Assembly: GCA_040755995.1 (NCBI GenBank)
Contig: JBFMAF010000008.1
Location: 128,001-192,000, forward strand
Origin: Acidobacteriota bacterium
Lineage (GTDB): Bacteria; Acidobacteriota; CAIWXX01
Direction: 5' to 3'
Length of the DNA: 64,000 bases
Shown: one piece after another, positions 18,846-29,319 of the stretch
How the letters are laid out: each line of letters opens with the position of its first letter
Numbering within the stretch: position 1 is the first letter of the stretch
Translations under genes and position numbers: made by a program
The notes under the pieces: model-generated
Told to the model about the DNA's origin: nothing
The model's input: the letters and a program-made list of their open reading frames with translations, nothing else
The model's database searches: none

Positions 18846-21212
18846 ATGAAGACTAGATTCGATCACCTGAGGAGGCACCTGATCACAACATGCACCGTGA
18901 TTGCATTCGCGGTGGCGGGTGCGGTTCGAACGCCCACATCCGCGGTGGAGGCACAAACGATGCCGGCCGGGGCGAAACTCGACCCGACGCTGGTCGAGGC
19001 GATGAAGTCGATCGAGCCTGGCTGCGGTCCGATCACAACCGAGAACGGTCTGATCTACCGAAAGGACGGCAGGCTCAGGGTTGTGGTCGTCATGAGCAAT
19101 CCGACCGACATTGTCGAGTTGCAGCGAGGAGCGGCCAACATTGATGCGCTTCGGAGCAGCGTGCGCCTCAGACAGGATCGCTTCATTGCGAGGCTCGGCG
19201 CAGGCGACGTACACAACGTCGTGCGGCTGGATCTGCAGTGCGCGTTCTCGGGATTCGCTGACTCGGCGGCCATGCGAAAGATCGCGTCGCTGCCGGAGGT
19301 CGAGATGATAGTGCCCGACTACCTGCGCGAGCAGTTCACGGTTGAGGGTCGAGCGCTCGCGACATCGGACGCGGCCGAGGCCACGTACGGTTTCACCGGG
19401 TCTGGCATGAGCGTCGCGATGATCGACGGATCCTTCGACTACACGCATGAATGGTTCGGGCACGGGACCGTGGGCAGCCCCGACCCCAGCGTGATCGTCG
19501 GGATGCGCGACCTCTCGGGCAACGCGAAGGTCGGCGATCCCGGGGCTGTCCAGGCGGATGACGAGGTGTACCCGGAAGGGAGCGATGACGACCCGTGGCA
19601 CGCCACCGGCACGTCGGGCATCGTGCGGAAGTACGCGCCCGGAGCAAAGCTGGCGCTGCTGAAGGTTTTTCCCAATGCGTACGACTCGGTGATCGGAAAT
19701 GCGATCAACTGGGCTGTCATCCATCAGTACGAGAATCCGGCATCACCAATCCGCCTGATCAACATGAGCCTTGGCGGCGGCAGGTATTCGGGCGACTGCC
19801 CCACGGGCGTGATTCAATCGGCGATCGACATCGCGAAAGCTGCTAACATCATCTGTGTGGTCGCGACCGGGAATCAGGGTTATGATCGCATGATCGCATC
19901 GCCAGGGTGCGACCCCGACGTGATAGCTGTGGGATCGGTGTTCGACGCGGACAACGCATACTACTCGCCTTTCCCGCCGCGATTCTGTGTCGAGCCGCGT
20001 CCGAAGAAGGACCACCGCATCTGCTACTCGAATGCGAGTCCGTCGCTCGACATGTACGCGCCTTCCGAAGAGGTGATGACTGCGCTCGCGGGCTCGGGCA
20101 ATCTCCTCACCCGGCTCGGCGGTACATCATCGGCTTCGCCGGCCCTCGCCGGGTGCGCCGCACAGATTCTGGAGGCCAAGCCGGGGCTCATCGGCGACAA
20201 GAGCGGCCTCCTCGACCTGCTCCAGCGCACAGGCGACCAGATAGAAGACAATCCCGACCCATCGTACGAGGACCGGCGTGTCAACGTGGTGGCGGCGATC
20301 ACGGACGGCGCCGCCGGAGCGCAGATCCAGAGCTTCGTGGCGAACCCGGGCGCGATTGTGCCGGGCGAGTCATCCACGTTGTCATGGAGCTGCACGAACA
20401 CGCTGGACGTGACGGTAAGCGGCACGCCGGGGAAGCTCCCGCCCTCGGGCACTCTGAAAATCTCGCCGGAGACGTCGACGGTCTACACGCTGACCGCGCG
20501 CGGTGTTGCCGGCAACGCGACGGCCACCGTGACGGTGCTCGTCAACAGCCCCACGGCTGCAATGGATGTAAACCCCCCGTCGGCCATCTTCGGCCCGGTC
20601 CCCGTAGGTGACTCGTCGGTGCCCGTCCTGTTCACGATCACAAACACGGGATCGGGCGACCTCTTGATCGGAACAATCACGGTCGATGGCCCCGACGCAT
20701 CTGACTTCTCGCTCGATCTCGGATCCGTCTCGGGTGATAGGATCGCACCGTCGCAAACCCAGTCGTTCCAGGTCGTGTTCCAGCCGGAATCTCAAGGGGT
20801 CAAGCAAGCCACAGTTACCGTGGCGTCCAATGCCGGCATCGTGCACGTACAGGTGTACGGCACGGGCACACTCGATGCGTCTGCCGCGGATCTCAAGGGC
20901 GCGTGGTCGTCGCTCAAGCGCAAGTCATCCACGCTGACGGGCCGCCTCACGTGCGCGAACGGCGGAAAGACGCCGGCAAGCGGCTTCACCGTGGCACTGT
21001 TCATGTCGAAAAACGCACGCCTCGATCCGAGCGATACGCCGGTCGGCTCCAAGGCAGTCAGCGGCCTGGCGGCTCAGGGCGCGATCACCGTCAAGATCGG
21101 CAGGGTGAAAGTCCCGGCCAAGTGCCACTACATCATCGCGGTCATCGATCCGACGAACGCCGTGCCGGAGACCGACGAGCTCAACAACAGAGTCATCAGC
21201 ACCAAGTTCTGA
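18846..21212 (+). CDS. Secreted S8 subtilisin-like serine peptidase with C-terminal Ig-like (choice-of-anchor D and CARDB-like) domains
   Basis: Triad VAMIDGS, WHATGTSG, GGTSSASP; INMSLG, VATGN; FTITNTGSGDL; IDPTNAVPETDELNN. Confidence 0.88.
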   Translation: MKTRFDHLRRHLITTCTVIAFAVAGAVRTPTSAVEAQTMPAGAKLDPTLVEAMKSIEPGCGPITTENGLIYRKDGRLRVVVVMSNPTDIVELQRGAANIDALRSSVRLRQDRFIARLGAGDVHNVVRLDLQCAFSGFADSAAMRKIASLPEVEMIVPDYLREQFTVEGRALATSDAAEATYGFTGSGMSVAMIDGSFDYTHEWFGHGTVGSPDPSVIVGMRDLSGNAKVGDPGAVQADDEVYPEGSDDDPWHATGTSGIVRKYAPGAKLALLKVFPNAYDSVIGNAINWAVIHQYENPASPIRLINMSLGGGRYSGDCPTGVIQSAIDIAKAANIICVVATGNQGYDRMIASPGCDPDVIAVGSVFDADNAYYSPFPPRFCVEPRPKKDHRICYSNASPSLDMYAPSEEVMTALAGSGNLLTRLGGTSSASPALAGCAAQILEAKPGLIGDKSGLLDLLQRTGDQIEDNPDPSYEDRRVNVVAAITDGAAGAQIQSFVANPGAIVPGESSTLSWSCTNTLDVTVSGTPGKLPPSGTLKISPETSTVYTLTARGVAGNATATVTVLVNSPTAAMDVNPPSAIFGPVPVGDSSVPVLFTITNTGSGDLLIGTITVDGPDASDFSLDLGSVSGDRIAPSQTQSFQVVFQPESQGVKQATVTVASNAGIVHVQVYGTGTLDASAADLKGAWSSLKRKSSTLTGRLTCANGGKTPASGFTVALFMSKNARLDPSDTPVGSKAVSGLAAQGAITVKIGRVKVPAKCHYIIAVIDPTNAVPETDELNNRVISTKF

Positions 21213-21233
21213 TTCACCCCCCGGAAGCGCGCA

Positions 21234-21260
21234 GGAGCCCGCGGCCCGGCCGCGGGTTCC
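21234..21260 (+). terminator. GC-rich hairpin after the S8 gene
   Basis: GGAGCCCGCGGC-CCG-GCCGCGGGTTCC, 12-bp stem with one G-U; no U tract. Confidence 0.45.
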
Positions 21261-21407
21261 CCGCTTCCGCCTTCCCGGCCACTACTCTGAGGCTACCCAC
21301 AACACCATAGCACCTTCTCAACCACTCGATCTCCGCAGCGGGCCTCAGTCACACACGCCGTCTGCTCGCGGCTGGGGTATAATGGGGAGAGCCGCCAAAG
21401 AGGCCTT

Positions 21408-21692
21408 ATGAAGAGAACCAAGAAGACGCTGCACCGGAAGCGTGAGAAGCTGTACAAACTGCCGCTTGTGCTGGAGCCGCAAGAGGGAGGCGGATTCACG
21501 GTCACTTGCCCTCTGTTGCCGGAGCTCATAACCGAGGGTGACACGGTGCAGGAGGCCATAGGGAATGTCGCCGATGCGCTCACGGCGCTTCTGGAGGCTT
21601 GCGCTGCCCTGGGCAGGCAACCACCGGCGGTCCTGAAGGCCGGTTCACCTGATACGCCGCTTTGGCTCGAGGCCATCGTCAGCGTCGCATGA
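21408..21692 (+). CDS. hicB: HicB family antitoxin
   Basis: LVLEPQEGGGFTVTCPLLPELITEGDTVQEAIGNV; TATAAT upstream. Confidence 0.88.
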   Translation: MKRTKKTLHRKREKLYKLPLVLEPQEGGGFTVTCPLLPELITEGDTVQEAIGNVADALTALLEACAALGRQPPAVLKAGSPDTPLWLEAIVSVA

Positions 21693-21900
21693 AGTACCGC
21701 GATGTGGCGCGCAGACTCAGACGACTCGAGTGTGTAGAAATCCCCAGGGGGACTCGCGGTTCCCATCGGGTCTGGCACAACGCCAGCAACGGGCGCGTGG
21801 CGCCTGTGCCGATTGGGGTGGCAAGGATCTCAAACCCGGCACGATTCGCGCGATAGTCCGGCAGTTGGGGTTGCAGTGGGAGGAGTTCGAAGGCCCTTGA
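21689..21900 (+). pseudogene. hicA: HicA toxin with a 1-nt frameshift
   Basis: MKYRDVARRL...GSHRVWHN...VAPVP, then DWGGKDLKPGTIRAIVRQLGL in a shifted frame; one base missing near 21810. Confidence 0.8.
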
Positions 21901-21988
21901 TACTCGTGGCATGCAGCCCGCTTGTTGCGCAAGGCCAATCTGTGCCCGTGCAATCTGATCATTTGAGCTTCGGCTGGAAGGAGGTCTC

Positions 21989-24538
21989 ATGCAGTTCGCA
22001 GCAGCGCTGTTATTGCTGATATCTGCCACGTTCTCCCTTGCGCTGGCCGGCGAGATCCCGAGCCCGAGCCAGTTTCTCGGCATGACGATCGGCGCGGATC
22101 GGACCGTGGCCGACTACCGTCAGGTTTCGGCCTATTTCCGCGCGCTGGATGAGGCATCGGCGCGCGTGGAAGTGGTGAGCCTGGGGCAGACGACACTCGG
22201 GAACGAGATGATCATGGCGATCATCTCGACGCCGGAGAACCTCGCGCGCAAGGACCGCTACAAGGAGATCGCCCGCAAGCTGTCGGATCCGCGCGGGCTG
22301 GCTCCCGTCGAAATCGAGGCGCTGGTCAAAGAAGGCCGGGCGATCGTGCTGGTCACATGCAACATACACTCTACCGAAATCGGTTCCAATCAGATGTCGA
22401 TGGAGTGGGCTTACGACCTTGCTCGCACCGAAGACCCGGCGCTGGTCCGTCAGCTCGACGAAGCGATCCTGCTGCTCGTCCCGAGCCTCAACCCCGACGG
22501 GCAGATCATGGAGGTCGAGTGGTACCGCAAGAACCTCGGCACGAAGTACGAGGGGGGCCGGATGCCCTGGCTGTATCACCACTACGTTGGGCACGACAAC
22601 AACCGCGACTGGTTCATGCTCACGCAGAAGGAAACGATCGCCATGAATCGCGCGATCTTCCACGACTGGTTCCCGCAAGTCTGGATCGACGAGCACCAGA
22701 TGGGTCCCACCGGTCCGCGAATGTTCGTGCCGCCTTATTCGAATCCGGCAGCCCCCGCCGTCCATCCTCTGGTGTGGCGCACGATCGATCACCTCGGCAG
22801 CCTCATGAGCCTTCGCTTCGAGCAGCAGGGCAAACGCGGTGTCGCGTATGGCACGATATTCGACGCCTACTGGCCGGGCGGCAGTAAGAACACAGCCTGG
22901 TGGAAGAACACCGTGGGGCTGCTGACCGAGGCCGCGTCGTGCCGGTTTGCTACACCGCTGAAGATCGAGGAATCGGAGCTCTCAGCCGGCTACAAAGGCC
23001 TTGTCGACTACAAGCTGCAGCTGAATTTCCCAAACCCGTGGACGGGCGGGATCTGGCACCTTCGCGACATCATGGACTACCAGCGCACGGCCTCCGACGC
23101 GTTCCTCGAGGGGTGCATGCGACTGCGCGAGGATCTTCTGCGCGATCGCGCCAAGATGGCGCTCGAAGCCGTCGCGCAGGGCACTCCCGAGACCTTCTAC
23201 CGCATCCCCGGGGCACAGCGCGATCCGCTCGCCGCGGCGCGGCTTGCTCACCTGCTGCAGGAGAACGGTGCGGAGGTCATGGTGTCGCCGGACGGGGACC
23301 ATCTGGTTCCCACCGCTCAACCGATGGGACGTTTCGTGAAGGAGATGATGGAGCCCCAGCGGTATCCTGAGGTGCGGCCCGCGGCGGGCTCGCCGGTGCT
23401 GCAGCCTTACGACGTCACTGCCTGGACGCTGCCGATGATGATGGGGGTAGAGGCGGAGAAGACCCGGCTGACGCAGCCGGCGGGGCTGCGTGCGCTGACT
23501 GCCAGCGACTGGCCCGCAGGCGGCGTCACAGGGGGACAGGCAGAGGTGTACGCGCTTGAACGCACGAGCAACGCGGCGAGCCGCCTGCTGAACCGCGTGC
23601 TCCTCGATCGGGGCTCGGCGAAGATCGCGCTTGAATCGTTCGAGTGCGTCGGGCGGCGGTTCGAGGAAGGCACCATCATTCTCGATCGATCGGAACATGT
23701 CGAGAGGAGCGCGAGGGAGCTGCATCTGACACTCACGGCGCTCACCGAGCGGCCGAAGGTCAGGATGGCGACGCAGAAGCCGGTGAGGATCGGCCTCTAC
23801 AAGCCGTGGCTCGCTTCGATGGACGAAGGCTGGATCCGCTTCGTGCTCGACGAGCACGAATTCAAGCCTGTGGGTATCGACAACAAGAGAGTCATCGCCG
23901 GAAAGCTCCGTAAGGACTTCGACGCGATCATCCTGCCGAACATTCGGAAGTCGGTATTGATAGACGGCAAGCCGAAGCGCGAAGATGATCCGATGCGGTA
24001 CCTGTACTTCGAGGAATTCCCGCCGGAGTACGCCGGGGGAATCGGGAAGGACGGTCTCGCGGCCCTGAAGACCTTCGTGGACGAAGGTGGCACGTTGATT
24101 GTGGACGAAGCCGCATGCGAACCGATCGTAGAGGAGCTAGCGCTACCCGTCATCGACACGCTGGCCCAGGCGAAGGATGCCGAGTTCTCCTGCCCTGGCT
24201 CCATCCTCAACGTGACTGTACATCCGCATCCGGTGACCTGGGGCATGCCGAAGTCGGGCTATGCATTCCTCGACGACCGGATGGCATTCCGCTCGATACC
24301 GACCGGTCCGGCCTTCCAGCGCGCAGCGCTGGTAAGCTACCCCGAGGATCAGGAAGACATACTCGCTTCGGGGTGGATTCGCGGCGCCGAGCAGCTCGAG
24401 CGCCGGGCAGCGGCCGTGGCGCTACAAGCGGGCAAGGGCAAGATCGTGCTGTTCGGCTTCCCCGTCCACTACCGCGCACAGATGGAGAGCACGTTCAAGT
24501 TGCTGTTCAACGCAGTGTATTGGGCGGGACTCGAGTGA
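21989..24538 (+). CDS. Secreted M14 zinc carboxypeptidase family protein
   Basis: IHSTE (HxxE), NPDG, NNRDW, DEHQM; signal peptide; C-terminal GATase-like domain. Confidence 0.88.
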   Translation: MQFAAALLLLISATFSLALAGEIPSPSQFLGMTIGADRTVADYRQVSAYFRALDEASARVEVVSLGQTTLGNEMIMAIISTPENLARKDRYKEIARKLSDPRGLAPVEIEALVKEGRAIVLVTCNIHSTEIGSNQMSMEWAYDLARTEDPALVRQLDEAILLLVPSLNPDGQIMEVEWYRKNLGTKYEGGRMPWLYHHYVGHDNNRDWFMLTQKETIAMNRAIFHDWFPQVWIDEHQMGPTGPRMFVPPYSNPAAPAVHPLVWRTIDHLGSLMSLRFEQQGKRGVAYGTIFDAYWPGGSKNTAWWKNTVGLLTEAASCRFATPLKIEESELSAGYKGLVDYKLQLNFPNPWTGGIWHLRDIMDYQRTASDAFLEGCMRLREDLLRDRAKMALEAVAQGTPETFYRIPGAQRDPLAAARLAHLLQENGAEVMVSPDGDHLVPTAQPMGRFVKEMMEPQRYPEVRPAAGSPVLQPYDVTAWTLPMMMGVEAEKTRLTQPAGLRALTASDWPAGGVTGGQAEVYALERTSNAASRLLNRVLLDRGSAKIALESFECVGRRFEEGTIILDRSEHVERSARELHLTLTALTERPKVRMATQKPVRIGLYKPWLASMDEGWIRFVLDEHEFKPVGIDNKRVIAGKLRKDFDAIILPNIRKSVLIDGKPKREDDPMRYLYFEEFPPEYAGGIGKDGLAALKTFVDEGGTLIVDEAACEPIVEELALPVIDTLAQAKDAEFSCPGSILNVTVHPHPVTWGMPKSGYAFLDDRMAFRSIPTGPAFQRAALVSYPEDQEDILASGWIRGAEQLERRAAAVALQAGKGKIVLFGFPVHYRAQMESTFKLLFNAVYWAGLE

Positions 24539-24607
24539 CTTTCGGATCTCAGGTTGTCGAGCTGGCGCGGCCGCCGGATTGAGGTCGGGCCCGAGGTTGC
24601 CCTCTGC

Positions 24608-24901
24608 TCAGCGTCTCCGTTTCCATGAAGCGGGCCGGCGATGCAGGTGGAAACAAGCGGCAAACACAACGGTCTCATCGACCAGGCGGAAATAGAGGCC
24701 GTACGGAAAGCGCCGGACAAGCGCCCGGCGAGTGTCTCGGTGCAGGACCGGATATGCGAGCGGAGTGGCCAAGACCTTCTCGGATGCAACGTGCACCTCT
24801 GTCAGGAATTCTCTGCCCAATCCTGCACGCGTCTGCTCGTACCACGCATATGCCCGGCTGATGTCCGCCGCTGCAGCCGATCGGAAGACGTAGGATCTCA
24901 C
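24608..24901 (-). CDS. RelE/ParE family toxin
   Basis: AAADISRAYAWYEQ...GLGREFL...RRALVRRFPYGLYF...FHLHRRPASW. Confidence 0.88.
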   Translation of the reverse strand: MRSYVFRSAAAADISRAYAWYEQTRAGLGREFLTEVHVASEKVLATPLAYPVLHRDTRRALVRRFPYGLYFRLVDETVVFAACFHLHRRPASWKRRR

Positions 24902-25119
24902 TACGGACGGCCGCGCGCCTGCGCGACAACCTGATCCCAGGTGAGCCCTGTCGGCCCCTCGGTCTCGAGCTCGTCCAGCCGTCGATCGAGATCGGCTTTC
25001 TGCGCGTCAGTGAGAGGCAGGGCCTCAGGGTCGCGGCCGAGGCTATCCCAGAGTTGGTCGAGAAGATCTAGCTGCTCCTCGCGGCTCAGTTGGATGACGT
25101 CGATCGCTGGGTTGCTCAT
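24901..25119 (-). CDS. Addiction module antitoxin (putative addiction module component family)
   Basis: LSREEQLDLLDQLWDSL...LTDAQKADLDRRL...TWDQV; overlaps the toxin start. Confidence 0.85.
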   Translation of the reverse strand: MSNPAIDVIQLSREEQLDLLDQLWDSLGRDPEALPLTDAQKADLDRRLDELETEGPTGLTWDQVVAQARGRP

Positions 25120-25340
25120 GTTTCTACACCAGTATGTTGGTTCGCACGAGGATGCTATCCCTCATGCGGCTGGTCGCGTTTCCACGTTCGCTGCGAGAGC
25201 CTCACCCACCTCTGGCTCATGATCTGGTAGTTGGTCTTGTCTCCCATGGCCCTCTCCATCGTCCTGGATATATTATACATCACATCCTTCGGGGCGATCC
25301 ATTTCACGAATGCCGGAGTGCTGGACAGGCAACCTCATGC

Positions 25341-28094
25341 TCATCTTGGAATTGGGTCCTCCGGCAGCGCAACCGGGTGCGGGCCTATGGACCAGCCGGT
25401 GCGGCCGCGGATGAGCGCCTTGCGTGCGAGCTTCTTCCCGGCAACCTCGAGCGTCACCGCGTATTCGCCCGGCTCGACCGGCCCCACAGACGTGGCTGTC
25501 GCGGGTGCATCGGCGTCCGAGGGCTTTGCCGGTCTCATGTCCCACAGCACCTTGTTGATTCCCTCCTCGGCCGGGCCCTCCAGCTCGACGAGCACCGCGC
25601 CCTTGGAATCGGCTACGGTGACCTTCGCCTTGGCGCTGGATTTCTCGCGGAGGTGGTAGTTGATCACGATCGCGTCGGGCTCGTTCGGGGTCGACAGGTG
25701 CCGGTCGCCCAGCCATGCGTAGCTTCCCCAACCCCTGGTCGCCCGCTGCGCCATCGGCTCGATCTCGAACAGGTGCGCCTCCTCATCGAGGATGGCCGGC
25801 GTCAATTCCTGGAGAGGTGTGATATCGGCGACGAACAAGCCGCGGCCGTACGTGGCGACAACGAGATCGTTCTCGCGTGGATGGATCAGCAGGTCCGTCA
25901 CCTTGACCCAGGGCAGGTTGCTCTTCACGCCCAGCCAGCTCGCTCCGGCGTCGATCGACGCGTACAGACCGTGATCGGTTCCCGCGAACAGCAGGTCGGA
26001 GTTCTTGCGATCTTGAATCACGACATTGACTGGCTTCTCGGGCAAGTCGCCCGCGATTGATTGCCAGGTCTGCCCGTAGTCGGTCGTCCGGAACAGATAC
26101 GGCGTGGCGTCGTCCTGGCGAAATCCTGTCTTCGACACGAACGCCGCGCCCGCGTGGTGAGGTGAGGCGAAGACGCGGCTCACCCACCGATCCTCGGGCC
26201 CGCCCGCGGCTGCGATCCGCCCCGTACAATCGTTCCAGGTCTTCCCGGCATCGCGCGTCACCTGAACCTTGCCGTCGTCCGTGCCCGCCCAGATGACGCC
26301 CGCCGCCACAGGCGACTCGCAGATCGTTGTGATTGTGCAGAAGGTTATTGCCGGGCCGCCGGCCGCGATCTTCGCCTTGTCCCCAGTCGTCAGGTGGGGG
26401 CTGATCTCCTCCCAATGGTCGCCGCGATCGGTAGACCTGAGGAGCACCTCAGCGCCGGTGTAGATCACCGAGCTGTTGTGCGGCGAGATGTGGAGCGGCG
26501 GAGTCCAGTTGAAGCGGTATGGCTCCTTCCCTTCGCCTCGCCTGGGCTTGATATCTCTGCGCGTACCAAGCTTCTGATCCACGCGGCTGTGCCCGCCGAA
26601 CTGGAAGGTATTGTAGACCCAGCGGCTGTCATGGTGATCCACCTGGTTGTACATGCCGTCCTCGACACCGACCGTCACCCAGTCGTCCATCGTCACCTCA
26701 CCCGACCATCCGTTGCTCGGGCCCTTCCACGAATCGTGATCCTGAAGGCCGCCGTAGATGTTGTACGGATCTGCCATGTCGACGCCCGCGGCGTAGAACT
26801 CGCCCAACGGGATATTGTAGACATGATCGCATGTCTCGCCTCCATCGTAGGTCACGTGGACACCGCCGTCGCTCCCGAAAAGCATGCGGTTCGAATTCTG
26901 CGGGTCGATCCAGAGCGTGCGCACGTCGCCGAAGGCCTTGGTGAAGAGCTCGGTGGGCTCGTCTCCCACATCGCGCCAGGTCTTGCCGCCGTCGGTCGAG
27001 CTGCTGAGGTACACGCCGGTGACATAGATCTTCATGTCGTCGCTGGGGTCGACCCTGATCTGGTTGAAAGAATACGGCGCCTTGGTCCCCAGCGCTTCCT
27101 GGCCCGTATTCGTCCTTTTCCAGGTTCGTCCCGCGTCATCGCTCCTGTAGACCTCTCCGCCGATGATCCGTTCCTGCGGCTCCCGCCCGTCTTTCCGGTC
27201 CTGCGCTGCTTCTTCGTCCGTCGGCGGACGCTTGTTGGCGTTCTCGACGAAGGCGTACACAATGCTGGGGTTCTTCTGACATAGGTCCAAGCCGATTCTT
27301 CCGATCTTGCCGGTGGGCAGCCCGCTCTTCAGCCGCGACCAGGTCTGGCCGCCATCGAAGGTCCTGTACACGGCGCTCTCCGGGCCTCCTTCCTCGAAAT
27401 GCCACGGGAGGCGCTCCTTCTCGTACGCCGCGGCATAGAGAACGCCCGGGTTCGAATCATCCATCACCAGGTCGATCACCCCGACCTTTTCGTTGATGTC
27501 GAGGCACTTCTGCCAGGTCTCCCCGCCGTCGACGGTCTTGAAGACGCCCCTTTCTACGTTTGTAGTAAAGAGATGTCCCATGGCGGCCACGTAGACGATG
27601 TCGGGATTCGAGGGGTGGATCACGATGCGGGCAACATGGTGCGAGTCGCGCAGGCCCATGTTGCGCCACGTCTTCCCGCCGTCGGTCGACTTGTAGACGC
27701 CGTCGCCGCGGTTGGAGCTGCGAGCGCAGTAGGCCTCGCCCGTCCCGACCCAGACGACATCCGGGTTCGACGGCGCCACGGCAACATCTCCGATCGACAA
27801 CACGGGTTGCTCGTCGAAGATCGGCTGGAAGGTGGTCCCGTTGTTCGTCGTCTTCCAGACACCGCCGTTCCTTGTGGCAACGTAGAACGTGTAGAGGTGA
27901 GCCTGAGCCGGCGAGTCGGGGACGGCGAAATCAGTCACCCACGACCCGGCGCGGAAAGGGCCCAGATTGCGAAACTCGAGTGCCTTGAGCAGGTCCGCGT
28001 CGAAACGACTCTCCGCGCCCGCCGCGGCGGCGGAAACGATGTACGCGAGTAGTATTCCTCCACTCCTGAACCTCATCGGTGCTCCCGTGGCCAT
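25341..28094 (-). CDS. Secreted VPS10/BNR-repeat glycosyl hydrolase-like propeller protein
   Basis: LEFRNLGP, GGVWKTTNNGTTF, repeated S.DGG.TW Asp-boxes, GGLQD, ATYGRG; GGAGG RBS. Confidence 0.85.
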   Translation of the reverse strand: MATGAPMRFRSGGILLAYIVSAAAAGAESRFDADLLKALEFRNLGPFRAGSWVTDFAVPDSPAQAHLYTFYVATRNGGVWKTTNNGTTFQPIFDEQPVLSIGDVAVAPSNPDVVWVGTGEAYCARSSNRGDGVYKSTDGGKTWRNMGLRDSHHVARIVIHPSNPDIVYVAAMGHLFTTNVERGVFKTVDGGETWQKCLDINEKVGVIDLVMDDSNPGVLYAAAYEKERLPWHFEEGGPESAVYRTFDGGQTWSRLKSGLPTGKIGRIGLDLCQKNPSIVYAFVENANKRPPTDEEAAQDRKDGREPQERIIGGEVYRSDDAGRTWKRTNTGQEALGTKAPYSFNQIRVDPSDDMKIYVTGVYLSSSTDGGKTWRDVGDEPTELFTKAFGDVRTLWIDPQNSNRMLFGSDGGVHVTYDGGETCDHVYNIPLGEFYAAGVDMADPYNIYGGLQDHDSWKGPSNGWSGEVTMDDWVTVGVEDGMYNQVDHHDSRWVYNTFQFGGHSRVDQKLGTRRDIKPRRGEGKEPYRFNWTPPLHISPHNSSVIYTGAEVLLRSTDRGDHWEEISPHLTTGDKAKIAAGGPAITFCTITTICESPVAAGVIWAGTDDGKVQVTRDAGKTWNDCTGRIAAAGGPEDRWVSRVFASPHHAGAAFVSKTGFRQDDATPYLFRTTDYGQTWQSIAGDLPEKPVNVVIQDRKNSDLLFAGTDHGLYASIDAGASWLGVKSNLPWVKVTDLLIHPRENDLVVATYGRGLFVADITPLQELTPAILDEEAHLFEIEPMAQRATRGWGSYAWLGDRHLSTPNEPDAIVINYHLREKSSAKAKVTVADSKGAVLVELEGPAEEGINKVLWDMRPAKPSDADAPATATSVGPVEPGEYAVTLEVAGKKLARKALIRGRTGWSIGPHPVALPEDPIPR

Positions 28095-28186
28095 TCTGCC
28101 TCCTCTCGACTGTGCATCCGTCACATTCTATCCCGATTGCCCCGGCACGCCGAAGGTCGAGGTTCGAATCTACAGAGCGGATATGC

Positions 28187-28215
28187 TTGACAGGGCCTGA
28201 GAGCCGGCCTAGAGT
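28187..28215 (+). promoter_or_regulatory. sigma70-type promoter upstream of the LysM gene
   Basis: TTGACA-N17-TAGAGT. Confidence 0.5.
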
Positions 28216-28368
28216 CTCAATCAGAATGATTCCGCTTCGCAGTCGCTGCGCACTGAGGAGGGCGATCACTCGGCCCGGCGAGGGTGCCCGTCGGCCCGCG
28301 GCCCAACGAAGCAGATCCATCAGCCTGGACGATAATGTCTTATAGGCCATCATGAAGGAGGACTCATA

Positions 28369-29202
28369 ATGACGTTTCCAATCGACGGAATAAGGATGCC
28401 CCCGGCGGGCTCTACGCGGGCAGGCGGGGACGAGAGCGTGATCATATCCAAGGGCCAGACACTCGATTCAATCGCATCCGGTCACAACGTCTCTGTTGAA
28501 GATCTCAGGAAAGCCAATCCGCAAATCAAGGACGGCGCGGATATCCATCCCGGCCAGGAGTTGACAATCCCTGCCGGCACGAGAGAGCAGCCACGAACCC
28601 CGGAGATGGCGCGCGCCGGCGGCGTGCAGTACGAGGAATCCAAGCCGAACCTCTTCAGCGAGCTCGCTAGAGGGCTCCCACCCGCGGGTGGAACAGCCGC
28701 GGGCGGAGCAGGCATGGAGTCATTCAGCGTAGGTGCGCGCGGACTCCTACCGTCGATCGGCGGCCCAAACGCGCTCGTGTCGCCGGAGAAGATGCTGGAG
28801 CTCGCGAAGACCGTGCAGTCTGTGGCTGATGGGGTACAGTTCGGGCAGGAGCTCGACGGTAAGCTGCAGGATCTGCAGGACGCACGCGACAAGAACAGGC
28901 CCGCCAGCGAACTGAAGCGCAAGGAGGAGCAGCTGGTGATGGCCTGCGAGGGTCGTGCGACGAAGATCCACGACCGTATCAGCGCGCTCAGCAAGAAGGA
29001 CCCTCTCGACAACACGGACAAGCTGGAGATGGCAGCGTTGTACACCGAGCTATCGGGAATCGAGCAGACGCTCGAGCAGAACCTGCAGGTGGATACGGTG
29101 AGGAACAAGGCCCTGAACCCGGAGAACCAGAACGGAGTGAGCAAGCGACTCGCGCAGGTGGAGCAGGTTCTCCAGGAGAAGATCGGGGACGCATACAAGT
29201 AG
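28369..29202 (+). CDS. LysM-domain protein with helical C-terminus
   Basis: ISKGQTLDSIASGHNVSVEDLRKANPQIKDGADIHPGQELTIP; AAGGAGG RBS. Confidence 0.8.
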   Translation: MTFPIDGIRMPPAGSTRAGGDESVIISKGQTLDSIASGHNVSVEDLRKANPQIKDGADIHPGQELTIPAGTREQPRTPEMARAGGVQYEESKPNLFSELARGLPPAGGTAAGGAGMESFSVGARGLLPSIGGPNALVSPEKMLELAKTVQSVADGVQFGQELDGKLQDLQDARDKNRPASELKRKEEQLVMACEGRATKIHDRISALSKKDPLDNTDKLEMAALYTELSGIEQTLEQNLQVDTVRNKALNPENQNGVSKRLAQVEQVLQEKIGDAYK

Positions 29203-29319
29203 TGGGTCCCATCTCGGATACGCCGCATACACCTCAGCCCGGGCCTGGTGTGATGACGTCAGAGTTGCTGCGCGCGGGAGGGTTGATCAGCTTCGCAACG
29301 AAGAGCGAGGGGAGTCGCG

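Noticed and set aside
21907..21922. Third sigma54 promoter (TGGCATGCAGCCCGCT) before the M14 gene
   Set aside because: Spacing is correct but the -12 element is poor; could be chance in GC-rich DNA
28328..28335. sigma28-like -10 element GACGATAA before the LysM gene
   Set aside because: No matching TAAA -35 at the expected spacing
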